From NCBI GenBank assembly GCA_040954595.2, contig CM082583.2, positions 3,667,060 through 3,731,059 of the forward strand: DNA of 64,000 nucleotides. Direction: 5' to 3'. Below the pieces are notes generated by a model. That model was not told where the DNA came from, searched no databases, and worked only from the letters and a program-made list of their open reading frames with translations. Below, one piece after another: positions 27,001 to 37,364 of this stretch. The position numbers and the translations under genes are program-made. The stretch is from Balanoglossus misakiensis (lineage: Eukaryota; Animalia; Hemichordata). Numbering within the stretch: the stretch's first letter is position 1; each line of letters starts with the position of its first letter.

Positions 27001-30000
27001 TCCATCCATATAAACTGTATATTAAAACTGTTATTTAGATCTGACATGATGTCCCGTGGGAAACTTGGGAGACCATTAAAGATAACGACCAAAACCAGAT
27101 AGTCGAATCAATTATTTATTTCCTAAAATATCTTCTGCAGAAAATAATCACTTTTTCATTTGAATTCACTGATACTATTTTCTAGAAATCGCAGAAAATT
27201 GTTGTCATTTCTAAAAACCCTACCTAGGTTTCCTGGTGATACAATCGATATGACACATTGGCTGTCCGGCAGTTCTGCGCTCCATCTGCCCGTCGAAGTA
27301 TCATGCACGTACACGCCGCATGAAGTTTGGGATATGCCGAGGATGGTGCCATCAGGCTGTATGGAGATGTCGGCAGCGCTGAAAGCCATGCTGGCCATGC
27401 GGCTCCAGGTGCCGGAAACGCCGCCGCGGATTTTCAACGAGCCTGCCTCGGAAACCCCGATGATCCTGCCGTCAGCCAGGACGTCCACTCGCACCACGCC
27501 CAGGCTCTTTGGGACGGTGGTCCAGCCACCGGTTATACCGGGTCGGGTCGCCAGTTTGCCGGCAGTGGTCACCCCCAGAATGCTACCGTCGGGCATGACC
27601 GCTACATCTTGGACGCAGCAGCTGTTGTCCACCGGTCCTGTCCACCCGCCGGTGCCAAACCCCGGCTTTGTGTAGAGACTGCCATCGTCGCCAACTCCCA
27701 ACAGAGACCCATCTTGCATAACAGCAACGCTTGTAACACAGCAACTTTGGTCTCTCACCCATGCACCATCATAGCCTAAATCTCTTCCTACCAGACTCTT
27801 GTCAGAAGCGACCCCAATCAACGCTGGACCTATTTTGAATGTACCGTTTGACAAGAAAATGGATGGATTTTATTGAAAGGCATATAAATCCACCCTAGAG
27901 GTCTAGGTGCCTACTAGCGAAAAGAGTCGGTATCTAATAGGTTATAGAAAAATAGTGAAACAATTCTTAAACGTCCTTTGATTCAGTCCGGCAGCCCACA
28001 AATGAATGATGAATGTTTAAGTGGAAGAAACATTACGATGCAAAATGTTAGATTACTGTACTTACCGTCGTACTGACGGCGCTGCAATGCACATCTAATA
28101 ACTTCGGCCTAGTAATGAAAATATAAGGTTTGTGTGACTGTACAGGATAGCTATAGCTGTAGGTCTGTCGGTTTTTGTTTGTCTTTTTCTGTATGCAATG
28201 TGAGCTGTCGCTGAAAATATAAGCTTACTCCCCACCGATTTTGTTCAGATGCGTTGAGAAGTACGAACCTTTTGCTACATAACAAGGGATAACAGTTCCT
28301 TGTGATTCTTAGCTGTGTCGCAACAAATATACATGTACCCATTCTCAATCATAGAAAAAGCATTTTCTTCAAAAGGATGAGAGATAAACTTACCTGGCAG
28401 AGCAGACACACCAATAAGATTTTGAAATCCATCGTGATCGCCGTGTATGCTTCAAACAGCCGTGCGTTTGGAATTAAATAAAAAAGTACACCAGGGTCAC
28501 GTGGCAATAAGGTCCAATCGCCGGGCTTTTTAATATTAGCCGCATATCGACCCTCACTTTTATTAATTGTATGACCACGCAGTAACTGCGTGGCAGAAAA
28601 AAAAACTAAAAACCGTTAACATATGCTGATTGAACGAACCAACAATGATGTAGATCTAAACAATCACACAATCAACTTTGGACTATGCTTGTAACGTGTG
28701 GTAGAGCATCCTTCCAGATTCTAGAGTAGATCAGTGAAAAGCCAAGAGGGCATTAATCTTTGCCATGTAACGAATGGCTTTCAAGACACACTTGAAACCA
28801 GTTGTCAGCAAATCTGCAGGAAATTTGCCACCCAGACTTTTACCAATGAGTGTCAACATTCGACCAGGTCACCACCGGCACAACAAGTTTATTTATTACC
28901 CAATTTACCTGATGTTAATTGGATTTTTCTATATCACAAAGAGAAAAACTAAATTTATCCAAAGCTCACTCAGAGAAGTATCGGTTAATAGTTTAGTCGA
29001 ATTTTGTAAACCAGTTTGAATAACATGTTTACAATGTGTCTTCGCAGTCCAAGGCCAGTGCTGAGAAAGTTTGGCTTTTGTGTCCCAATCAAAGTTATGT
29101 TAGGGATTCAATGCAAACTCTTATAATCTAATCATCCAGTCGGTCTTAACCTGAATGCGATTTGTTCAGCCTGAGTCTTGCTTTGATGCCAAGCACACAC
29201 AAACACACACATATACATATATAATATAAGCCTGAACACTTTCTAAACGAAGCTTTTGCCAAAGAACATTTGGGTCATCTAAAATGCAAATTTTGTTATG
29301 AATGATGACGACATTATGGTTTAGAAATGGCTCATATTTTCCTATATTTCCCTATGAAGTGTTTGAAATGCCCAAAATACTTTCAAGGGGCTTTGGAAAA
29401 GACTGGTATTGTCAGCCCCAGAATGGTAGCCATTGAAACAGTTTTGTTCGATGTGAATCACCTCTGGGGCGGGACATTTTTATCGTGGAGGAGGTCACTC
29501 ACAACAATGAAATCGATGTCAGCAGAACGAAAGCAATTAACTTCTGTTATTGTGTCGATCGGAAAGGTTAAAACTAAAACAGGTACATCACGAACAAAAT
29601 TGCGGGTAGTAAAATTCTCTCAACGGGACCTCGAAATGTCAATACTATTTTTATGACATAAAAGTTTAACACCAAAGTAAACATTTTAGCTCCGCTATCA
29701 GCGACACGGGGCTTGTCAGATAGGTTGTCGATCGGAAAGGTTAAAACTAAAAAAGGTACATCACGAACAAAATTGCGGGTAGTAAAATTCTCTCAACGGG
29801 ACCTCGAAATGTCAATACTATTTTTATGACATAAAAGTTTAACACCAAAGTTAACATTTTAGCTCCGCTTATCAGCGACACGGGGCTTGTCAGATAGGTT
29901 GTCGATCGGAAAGGTTAAAACTAAAAAAGGTACATCACGAACAAAATTGCGGGTAGTAAAATTCTCTCAACGGGACCTCGAAATGTCAATACTATTTTTA

Positions 30001-33000
30001 TGACATAAAAGTTTAACACCAAAGTTGACATTTTAGCCCCGCTATCAGCGACGCGGGGCTTGTCAGATATATCGATCTACTAGTATACGTCGGTCCATCC
30101 AAAATCGACTGCTTATCCATACATCTTTGCAATTTGCAATTGCCCATCTGCCTGTTTTGAACTGTGGTCTAAATTCCCTTGAATATCTAAGTCAAATATG
30201 TTGAAATAGTGACGAATTCTGCGTTAATATATTTTAAGGGTAAAGTAAAGTGCACACATCCGCCAAAAAGTACATTATTCGCTTCTTTTTTGATTTATTA
30301 ATGAAAACATGAGGGTAGTCAAGACGCCACATTTAGCTCTGAAAAAAATTCTAAATGACTAATCGCCCTCCACACAATATCAATCATTTTGAGGTGACAG
30401 CAGGGTCTCAATACTCCAATTGCCCATCTCACATGCGCTGTGTTCACCAGAAGTTCGCTGTTCGAAAATGTCACTCCTCAAATGCCATTCTCCGTGCTGC
30501 GTCACTCGTATGAGGTGGTAATAGACAGGTTCGGCTACACGTTTTACGCGAACGCGGATGCGCATGAACCTGTCCACTTTTTATGGTCGCCCAAGGTGTA
30601 ACGATGCACACTTCTAATTTAGAATACCGAGTTTGAGTGCCACACAAACAGAGGTTGACGTGAAGCCAAAGGCCTTTCCACATGAATGTCCAATGCAAAC
30701 ATACACACGTTCACATTGTAACAGCACAACAAACACAATCGCATTATATCACTTTATTAGTGGCAAAGAACAGTTAAAAATCAAATAATTGAAACCAAAG
30801 ATGACAACATGGTCATGCAGTGTTAATTCTAGGCTGCGCCATTGCGCAAATTGCGCTATTTTTATCTCGATCGGCACTCATTTAACTGTCTGTGCGCCAC
30901 TATGGGTGCAACATTTGTCCTTGCCGAGTAAAAATCATCAGACGTCCGCGTCCTGTTGATGTGACCTTGTTTCGCATCGCACGTCATTTCTACCTAATAT
31001 CTAGGAGTGCGTTTGTTTTCCCATCAGCCTTTGCTGTATTGGCGTGTATTTAATAGGCGCTTAGTCTCGGTTACCCAGACCCCCCTGCTTCTTCCGTTGG
31101 GCACTCCAGAAAGAGGGTCTGGGGAAACCCGGTAGACAAATCGCCGGCCGGAATCGGGACAGCTGCGATGCATGACGGGAGCTTAATATTCGATACGATA
31201 TTATGATATGACGATATTAGAAAACTATTTACCAAACTTCTCTCTCTCTTTTCAATTTGTAGACAGTTTTAGCAGGTCTAGCACTTCTCAGCATGTTTTC
31301 TTTATCGTATGCCATACATGTCGGCCGTGAGGTTCGCGCGCAGGACGTCGCCATTTTGGAATATTAAGCTCCCGTCATGCATCGCAGCTGTCCCGATTCC
31401 GCCCGGCGATTTGTCTACCGGGTTTCCCCAGACCCTCTTTCTGGAGTGCCCAATGGAAGAAGCAGGGAGGTCTGGGTAACCGAGACTAATAGGCGCTAAC
31501 AAAGTGTTGGGTAATATGAACGTGGTACTGATTTCATGTGAGCCGTGTGCAAAACCATGCCATTCATTCACTGCGGACACCCCCTTACGAGAACACTGAT
31601 TGGAACGTCCCAAATCATTTGCATATGAATCAACAGGGTACAGTATACAGGGCAATCAATGAATAAGCGCCACCGATTTTTGAAAAGGCAAATTCCTGCC
31701 TTTGTTTAGGCGCCGCCAACATTTGAAATGGTTGAAAAGAGGCGCTTAAATGAAGGAATTTACGGTAATTCAACTATTAGCTCAAAACATACAGAACTGT
31801 GTGAGGTTAACATGTACTCGTATGCATACCAATTTTCAAATCAATATGACCAGTGGTTGTCAAGTTTCTGAGTTTTGACCAATTTCACGTTCTCCCTGGC
31901 TACTTTGCATATTTTGGGCAATGACAACTTCATTTGAACAAACTCCTCTCTACAGCCTGGCCTGCATTTATACACACCAAATGTCAATGTGATACACGCA
32001 GCGGTTTTCAAGTTTTTGATGTGGACGGACATACAGACATACGTCCATACATACAGACGCAACCGATTCCATAAGGTCCCATGGTATACCAAGCATCTAT
32101 GTAAAAGTATCATATGGTAGCCCTTACACGCCAATAACAATTCAGAATTATTGTTGGCTTATTCGCACACAGGTCAGAACTACATGTATAATATTTGCAG
32201 ACACCTTTTCAATTTTGATGGACACAATTTTTATTGATAGGGACACAGCAGACAAAACTGTCTTTTGCTCAATGTGGAAATTGAGTACACTCATCCCACA
32301 ATACTGTTCATTTACAATTGCAAGGGAGGCTGTACCTTAAAAAGCAGATGTAAACCGTGAAGTGAATGGCTGAAGCATATATTGAAAAAGGTCCATTGCC
32401 TGAAGAGGGAGGTTTAAGGACAGATTCAGTGTTGCAGCCAGACCACGTTTTTGGGGTCATTTGGGCGCATTCTGGCAACTTCATCTTTTTTCCTGGGTGG
32501 TGGAAATCTGTCGACGCACTCAGAGCACGTTCACTGCTTAGTTCCTTTTTTTTTTCAATTATTGACTGTTGACAAAATTACAACAGTGTACACCCACACT
32601 GCAATGCATGCATGATTGCACTAATGTAGCAATATAGTTAAAAAACACTCTGAGATCACATGCCTCTCTATAAACTAGTACATATTGCAATTTTTGAACT
32701 GCTTGGGGCTGGGCCGACTAGTCGTGCACGGTAGTCTATGTACATGACGTAGCGCTAAGGTCATGAGTTATACCACATTTACCAGTACAATGTGCAAATG
32801 TTATGAGAGTGCTGTGATGGAAATGAAAATTGTGTCCTGCAAAATATAAAATGTGACTGCAAATATTAGAGTTCTGACCACATAATTAGACTGCTTAATT
32901 TTTGTTGGCACAGAGGTGCCACTGTAGTATCATGAATTTTCAACTTTACAAATATATCCAAGTGTACGCCACACCTACCTTGTCTCCTGTTTTAATGTTT

Positions 33001-36000
33001 CAAATGATTTTGCTAGTTGCGTAATATCTTTCAAGACGGCCTTATGACGGTTGAGCCATTCTCTGTCTTGGCGGAATTCTTCCTCCCGCTGTTTGATTAG
33101 CATCTCCTGCCTATGCCACCTCTCTTCTATGTTCTTTAGGAGTTGCGTGTACCGGTATATCTCCTTATTTTCTTTGTAATTGGGCAGAACCTGAGGGAAA
33201 ATATAAAAGAAGTTTAAAATATTGCCTGTAGAAGAAATGCATCCAGTAGTCTTCTCCCCTGCCCCATTCCCACTGCTCAGTGGGCTGTGGCTGTGCTACC
33301 TAAAAGGAAAGTCGGGTACTGGCTGCCATCTTGCAAAAAATTCTGTCCAGCCATCCCCAAGATGACTGCTTCAACCGTTTGTACACAGGTACTCTCAAAG
33401 TCAGGTGCACCACACAAGATTCATTCAGACAGTTTTGAAGCTCCCTGTTCTTATCAAAAGGAAGGGTCTCGAAAATTAGTGATTTGCTGTGTACAATAAC
33501 ACTTGCTGTGAGCCATTAGTAACTGTTGCTGAAATTTGGTAGGATGAAGGCTTTGGTCAGTCATTGCATGCTATTTTTTTACTGAATCATTGCATTTTGT
33601 CATATTTTGAGTGTTGCCTGCATGTGCTAGGTACCAGGCTTAGGAGATTTGCTGACAAAAACAAAGAAACAGAATCAAAATTATTTCAAAGCAATCTGAC
33701 AAGCCATCAAGCGAAAACAATTTTACACATAATCGTGGGACAAGAAGGCCAAAAGTTAAATTACCCAGGTGTTTGGCGGCCATTTTGAAAAATGCAAATT
33801 AGAAGAGTTGTCTAATATTGCCATGTTAACCAAGTTGAAATTATTTTAGGTACCCATATTAATTTTAGAGAAGGTGTATGGCGGCCATTTTTGATTATGC
33901 AATTTAGAAGAGTTGCCCAACACTGCCATTTTGGCAACTAAGCTGAAATAGTTTTAGGGGCCCACATGAATGCAAATCAGCAAGACAACTTCATGGGAAA
34001 GAACATTTTTAGGTTCACCAATGGGCACAAATGACTGTCAATTCAACTCTAACTTTAACGCAATCTAACAGGTGGTTTCAAAGACAAATATTTCAAAACA
34101 CAAATATACAAATTTCACCAATATATTTACACCTTGCCTGGATTACCCCTAATTCAAAGCAGTCTGACAAAGGGTTTTAGAGAAAAAAGCTTTTGACCAA
34201 AAATTTCAAAATAGCTCCAAATTATATGCAAATTTTGTAACAATTTGAACGAAGCTATGGTAACTGAGATCACCTTCAAGCTTCATACAAAATTTCAAGG
34301 AAGTCGGCTGATCACTTGCAAAAAGGATTTACCAATTGGAAAAAGACAAAAAAGTGTGTAAAAATAGAAATTTCTTAATAATAGCTCAAAACAACTGGAC
34401 TGCAAGAGGTACATGCATGCTAATTTTCATATCGATCTAACCAGTGGTTTAACTTGTAGAGATTCTGAGTTTTGACAAATTTCACATTTTCTAGCTAATT
34501 TGCATATTTTCGGCAATGACAACTTCATTTGAACAAACTCCCATTAACAGCCTGTACTTCATCTGCACACCAAATATCAAGGTTATTACATACATACATA
34601 CCGGTACATACATACACACACACACACACAAATACATACATGTATACATTACATACACTTTAATACATGTACATATATAAATTGCCATAACAGTTTAGTA
34701 TGTTTATACTTACCAAACCACAACACACCAACACGAGAACTGTAAGCAGCAAATACCAAAACACCTGGAGCTGGAAAGTAAAAATGTAACTGATCAGTGA
34801 TAAAGCAGCTCTATACCAAATACAGATCTTATACATATTTAATTAAAGTTATTTGTGGAGAACAAAGATAGACACAAACACACACAAAAGGTCTACAAAT
34901 TTTGCATAATACCGTAGCACTTTAAACATTGTATGAACTAGAGGTCAGAACAGCTACTTACATTGGGCATTTCTGGAGGATCTTCTGGAGGATCCCTGGC
35001 CTAGTTCAAATGATACAAAAAATCGAATTAGCAACTCTTGAAACTGAAATGTTGAAAACTGTCAATGTCATGCCATTTTGGTCAAGGACACATTTACTGC
35101 ATACCGGTATACAACGATGGATCAAGATACATTATAAAACCCTATGCTTAGCACATTTTTAAGGGACCACAAATAATTGATCCGAGTTACAAATGGACTT
35201 CAAATTATTACTTGAAAAATATTGTTGATCAAAGTCAGATGTAAATGAAGTCAAATAATTTGTACCATAATACTTGTGTTGTTAGTTTCAGGGGGTAAAT
35301 ATACTCAAAAATTATAAATATGCAAATTTTCCAACAATGTGTCGTTGCAATCCTACAAGCAATACTGGAAAAATTGATTTTTGCAATGCCAAAATTTTGC
35401 TTTTTAGAAATATCATCATTTCCTTTATGTTGCTTTAAAGGTATACGGTCACCTATACAAATTTAGCCACATTTACCATGGTAAATTGAGATCTAACCAA
35501 TCACAGATTTTCAGTGGGTGGCACACGTGAAAATAAAGTGTTCTTTAGAACACTCAAATACGCCATTTCAACTATATATGGCGATATGTAAATTGGAGGT
35601 GACCGTATACCTTTAACTGTTCATGCTCGTGCGCTTAGGTAGTTCGAATTTGACAACTACATATCCAACCGATAGAGGGCGCTGTTATGTATTTGAATGC
35701 CCATTGACTCACCGCCTTATGTGCAAACCTCTGTATCATGTAATTGAAATTGTATGAACATGCAGGATGACAGACTTTTAAGGACACACAATCAGCCTAC
35801 TGGTATCTGACAAGCTCCCAAGTAGAGATAACAAGCGCATATTCATATGTAAGCTTTAAAAGCACATAATCCTGGTGCCATGTGTGAACACAATGTGTTT
35901 GCCTATTTCTGGGTTACAAATATGAAAAGAGAATTCAGTTTCAGGTTTTCTACAATTATTGTAAATCACTTACCATGCATCGCATAACTTCAATCCTGCT

Positions 36001-37364
36001 ACTCCTAGCTCCCATTTGTCTGATAAACTGTCTACTACGCCGAATTCTCTGTGAATGAAATAAGAAGAATATTCATTAAAGGATTATAAAAGACGCTTTC
36101 AGGAATTGCAGCATGGTGTCAATTATCAAAGTCCTAAATGCTCAAAGTTTATATTTTGAAGCAATGATATGGGGGAACATGGTGGTGCATAGTACACATC
36201 CATTATGTATGCTAGGTCACATGACATGGTACTTTGGCCATTCAAGGAATCAGTTTTTAGCCCATTTCAGAAAAATGATGGCTGATTACTGCTTGCAATG
36301 TGTGCAGCGATTGAGAAGTCTTTTCAGTATTGTTCAAGAGTGTTGGCAGTTCCACCCCACCCCCCAAGGCATTTTGATCAACTATAATGATGCAACAACG
36401 TCCCTTCTCAATGGTGCACCAGCCTAACACATTCAACAGTACATAAAAACAGAGGCACATGAAGAAATATGTTACACAGTTTTGACAGACATTATATAAC
36501 ATTGGATGTGCAGTCAAGTGTACATGGACAAAAGTGGACTCAACAGTGAATACAGGTATGTCGGAACTTGGAAGACAACATAAACTGTTTTACTGAATCT
36601 CTGTCTACATGCAAGTAGAGCACAGTTCACCAGTACAATTTGTATGCTTGTTTAAAGTAGTCAAACAACAGAAACAGCTTTTCACAAAAACCAAACTCAT
36701 GAAAAAAAAGCTCAAAAAAAAAGAGACTTTGTCCCTTTACAAGTTGCTGAGCTGGTCACCTCCAGTACCACTCATGGCATTTGGTCAGCTAACGTTTTAG
36801 CAGCATGTCATTCACCATTGATTGGCATAATGTTTCTATGTTAAATGGCCGTTGTCATTATCACCAACTGTTAACACATTCCAAGATGAACGACTTATTT
36901 GGTATCTGATAGTGGCTGTCAGTATACACATTAATTTATTTAAGCAATGAACTAAAAGAATTTCAAAGACAGCATGCTCAGCATAACAAAGACAACGAAA
37001 TTTTATTATAATTAAACTTTTTTAGTAAGCAACCCCTTCCTTATAGTTATTAATCACTGCAGCATGGTAAAATGCAAAATGTGTTACAGAATTACTACCA
37101 GAAGAAGAGTTAATTTAGAAGAAAAAGTTCTCACCAAAAAGCCCAAGGATCAGAATTCTCGGTATGTGTTCTGACAAATACTGGTTCATACACAGTAAAT
37201 ACCAACTTATCAGATGTATAATATAACATGTAAACCCAAAACTAAAATCACATATATGTTTGTAAATTCTAAATTGCATTTCAAAATTAACATACCTTAT
37301 AGCTTTTCTCGTGTCGTTCCAGCCGGATTGACTGGAATTTTGGGGAGTAGTATTCCCACATTAT
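18035..37364 (-). CDS. Uncharacterised type II membrane / coiled-coil protein (host gene; 5' and 3' ends uncertain)
   Basis: Phase-compatible GT-AG exons: 37364-37296 ([23 protein letters not shown]), 36048-35974 (RIRRSRQF...VMRCM), 34770-34714 ([21 protein letters not shown]), 33190-32979 (VLPNYKENK...[13 protein letters not shown]...KQET, ends phase 2) and 18155-18035 (starts phase 2; [19 protein letters not shown]...GPECCK). A possible first exon lies near 38837-38748, and candidate downstream acceptors are at 17405 and 16451. Confidence 0.65.
18394..19126. mobile_element. Non-autonomous DNA transposon with TTAA target site (Kolobok/piggyBac type)
   Basis: Junctions ttaa|ggtggcattgcatgaaa ... 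tttcatgcaatgccacc|ttaa give a 17-bp perfect TIR with TTAA on both sides. Confidence 0.88.
19600..20015 (+). pseudogene. Inverted, frameshifted orphan exon of the propeller-lectin family
   Basis: The acceptor ttttgcag is followed by [44 protein letters not shown], then across deletions and frameshifts [60 protein letters not shown] and [11 protein letters not shown]. It ends before a (CCAT)n tract. Confidence 0.88.
20067..20132. repeat. (CCAT)n microsatellite
   Basis: Directly visible. Confidence 0.95.
20833..20838 (-). terminator. Candidate polyadenylation signal AATAAA of the propeller-lectin gene
   Basis: Minus-strand AATAAA lies ~190 nt into a putative 3'UTR exon starting at 21025 (acceptor ggtttcttcag). 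Confidence 0.5.
21433..28432 (-). CDS. Secreted ~1316-aa protein with six tandem 5-blade tachylectin/tectonin-like beta-propeller domains (putative multivalent lectin)
   Basis: Thirteen GT-AG coding exons form one frame: 28432-28394 ([13 protein letters not shown]), 28108-28066, 27829-27224 (D1), 26921-26841 (PT-rich linker), 26652-26050 (D2), 25787-25749, 25613-25008 (D3), 24830-24789, 24610-24005 (D4), 23550-23509, 23362-22754 (D5), 22546-22508 and 22028-21433 (D6, stop). Total length is 3951 nt. The blade consensus is hhGhGxxNxLWxRxxxxGxWxGPhxxSCChxxhxxhxDGx. Confidence 0.9.
24726..24760. repeat. (GGTT)n microsatellite in a lectin-gene intron
   Basis: Directly visible. Confidence 0.9.
29554..30069. 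repeat. Near-perfect 173-174-bp tandem repeat, 3 copies
   Basis: Units start gtcgatcggaaaggttaaaactaaaa at 29554, 29727 and 29901 and differ by only a few bases. Confidence 0.97.
31062..31488. mobile_element. MITE with ~130-bp TIRs and 9-bp TSD (AcademH-like termini)
   Basis: The TIR tagtctcggttacccagacc...gggagcttaatattc (31062-31191) is mirrored at 31359-31488. The TSD ataggcgct occurs at 31053-31061 and 31489-31497. Confidence 0.9.
33655..34660. mobile_element. Composite repeat with internal subrepeats and a (CATA)/(CA) microsatellite (Helentron/DINE-like family); related fragment at 31820-32080
   Basis: 34430-34590 and 31835-32000 share the block accagtggtt...ttctgagttttgac.aatttcac...tttgcatatttt.ggcaatgacaacttcatttgaacaaactcc, each followed by microsatellites. 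The family assignment is inference. Confidence 0.55.
35439..35612. mobile_element. Short TTAA-flanked MITE (Kolobok-like), copy 1
   Basis: Junctions ttaa|aggtatacggtcacct ... aggtgaccgtatacct|ttaa. Confidence 0.88.

Noticed and set aside
21415-27779. Plus-strand ORFs of 100-209 aa overlapping the lectin exons
   Set aside because: They are antisense shadows of GC-richer coding exons and repeat only because the sense exons repeat.
29554-30069. CRISPR-like array
   Set aside because: The units are identical end to end with no unique spacers, there are no cas genes, and the context is eukaryotic.
18035-33190. Resemblance of the coiled-coil exons to CENP-K
   Set aside because: The similarity is only generic heptad similarity. 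The upstream TM exon and the lack of the CENP-K C-terminal motif argue against it.
32979-33190. Host exon splicing into the lectin exons to make a membrane-anchored lectin
   Set aside because: This exon ends in phase 2 whereas the lectin acceptors are phase 0 or 1, so direct fusion would frameshift. Only skipping from the phase-0 TM exon (34714) to 28108 would be in frame, and there is no evidence for that.
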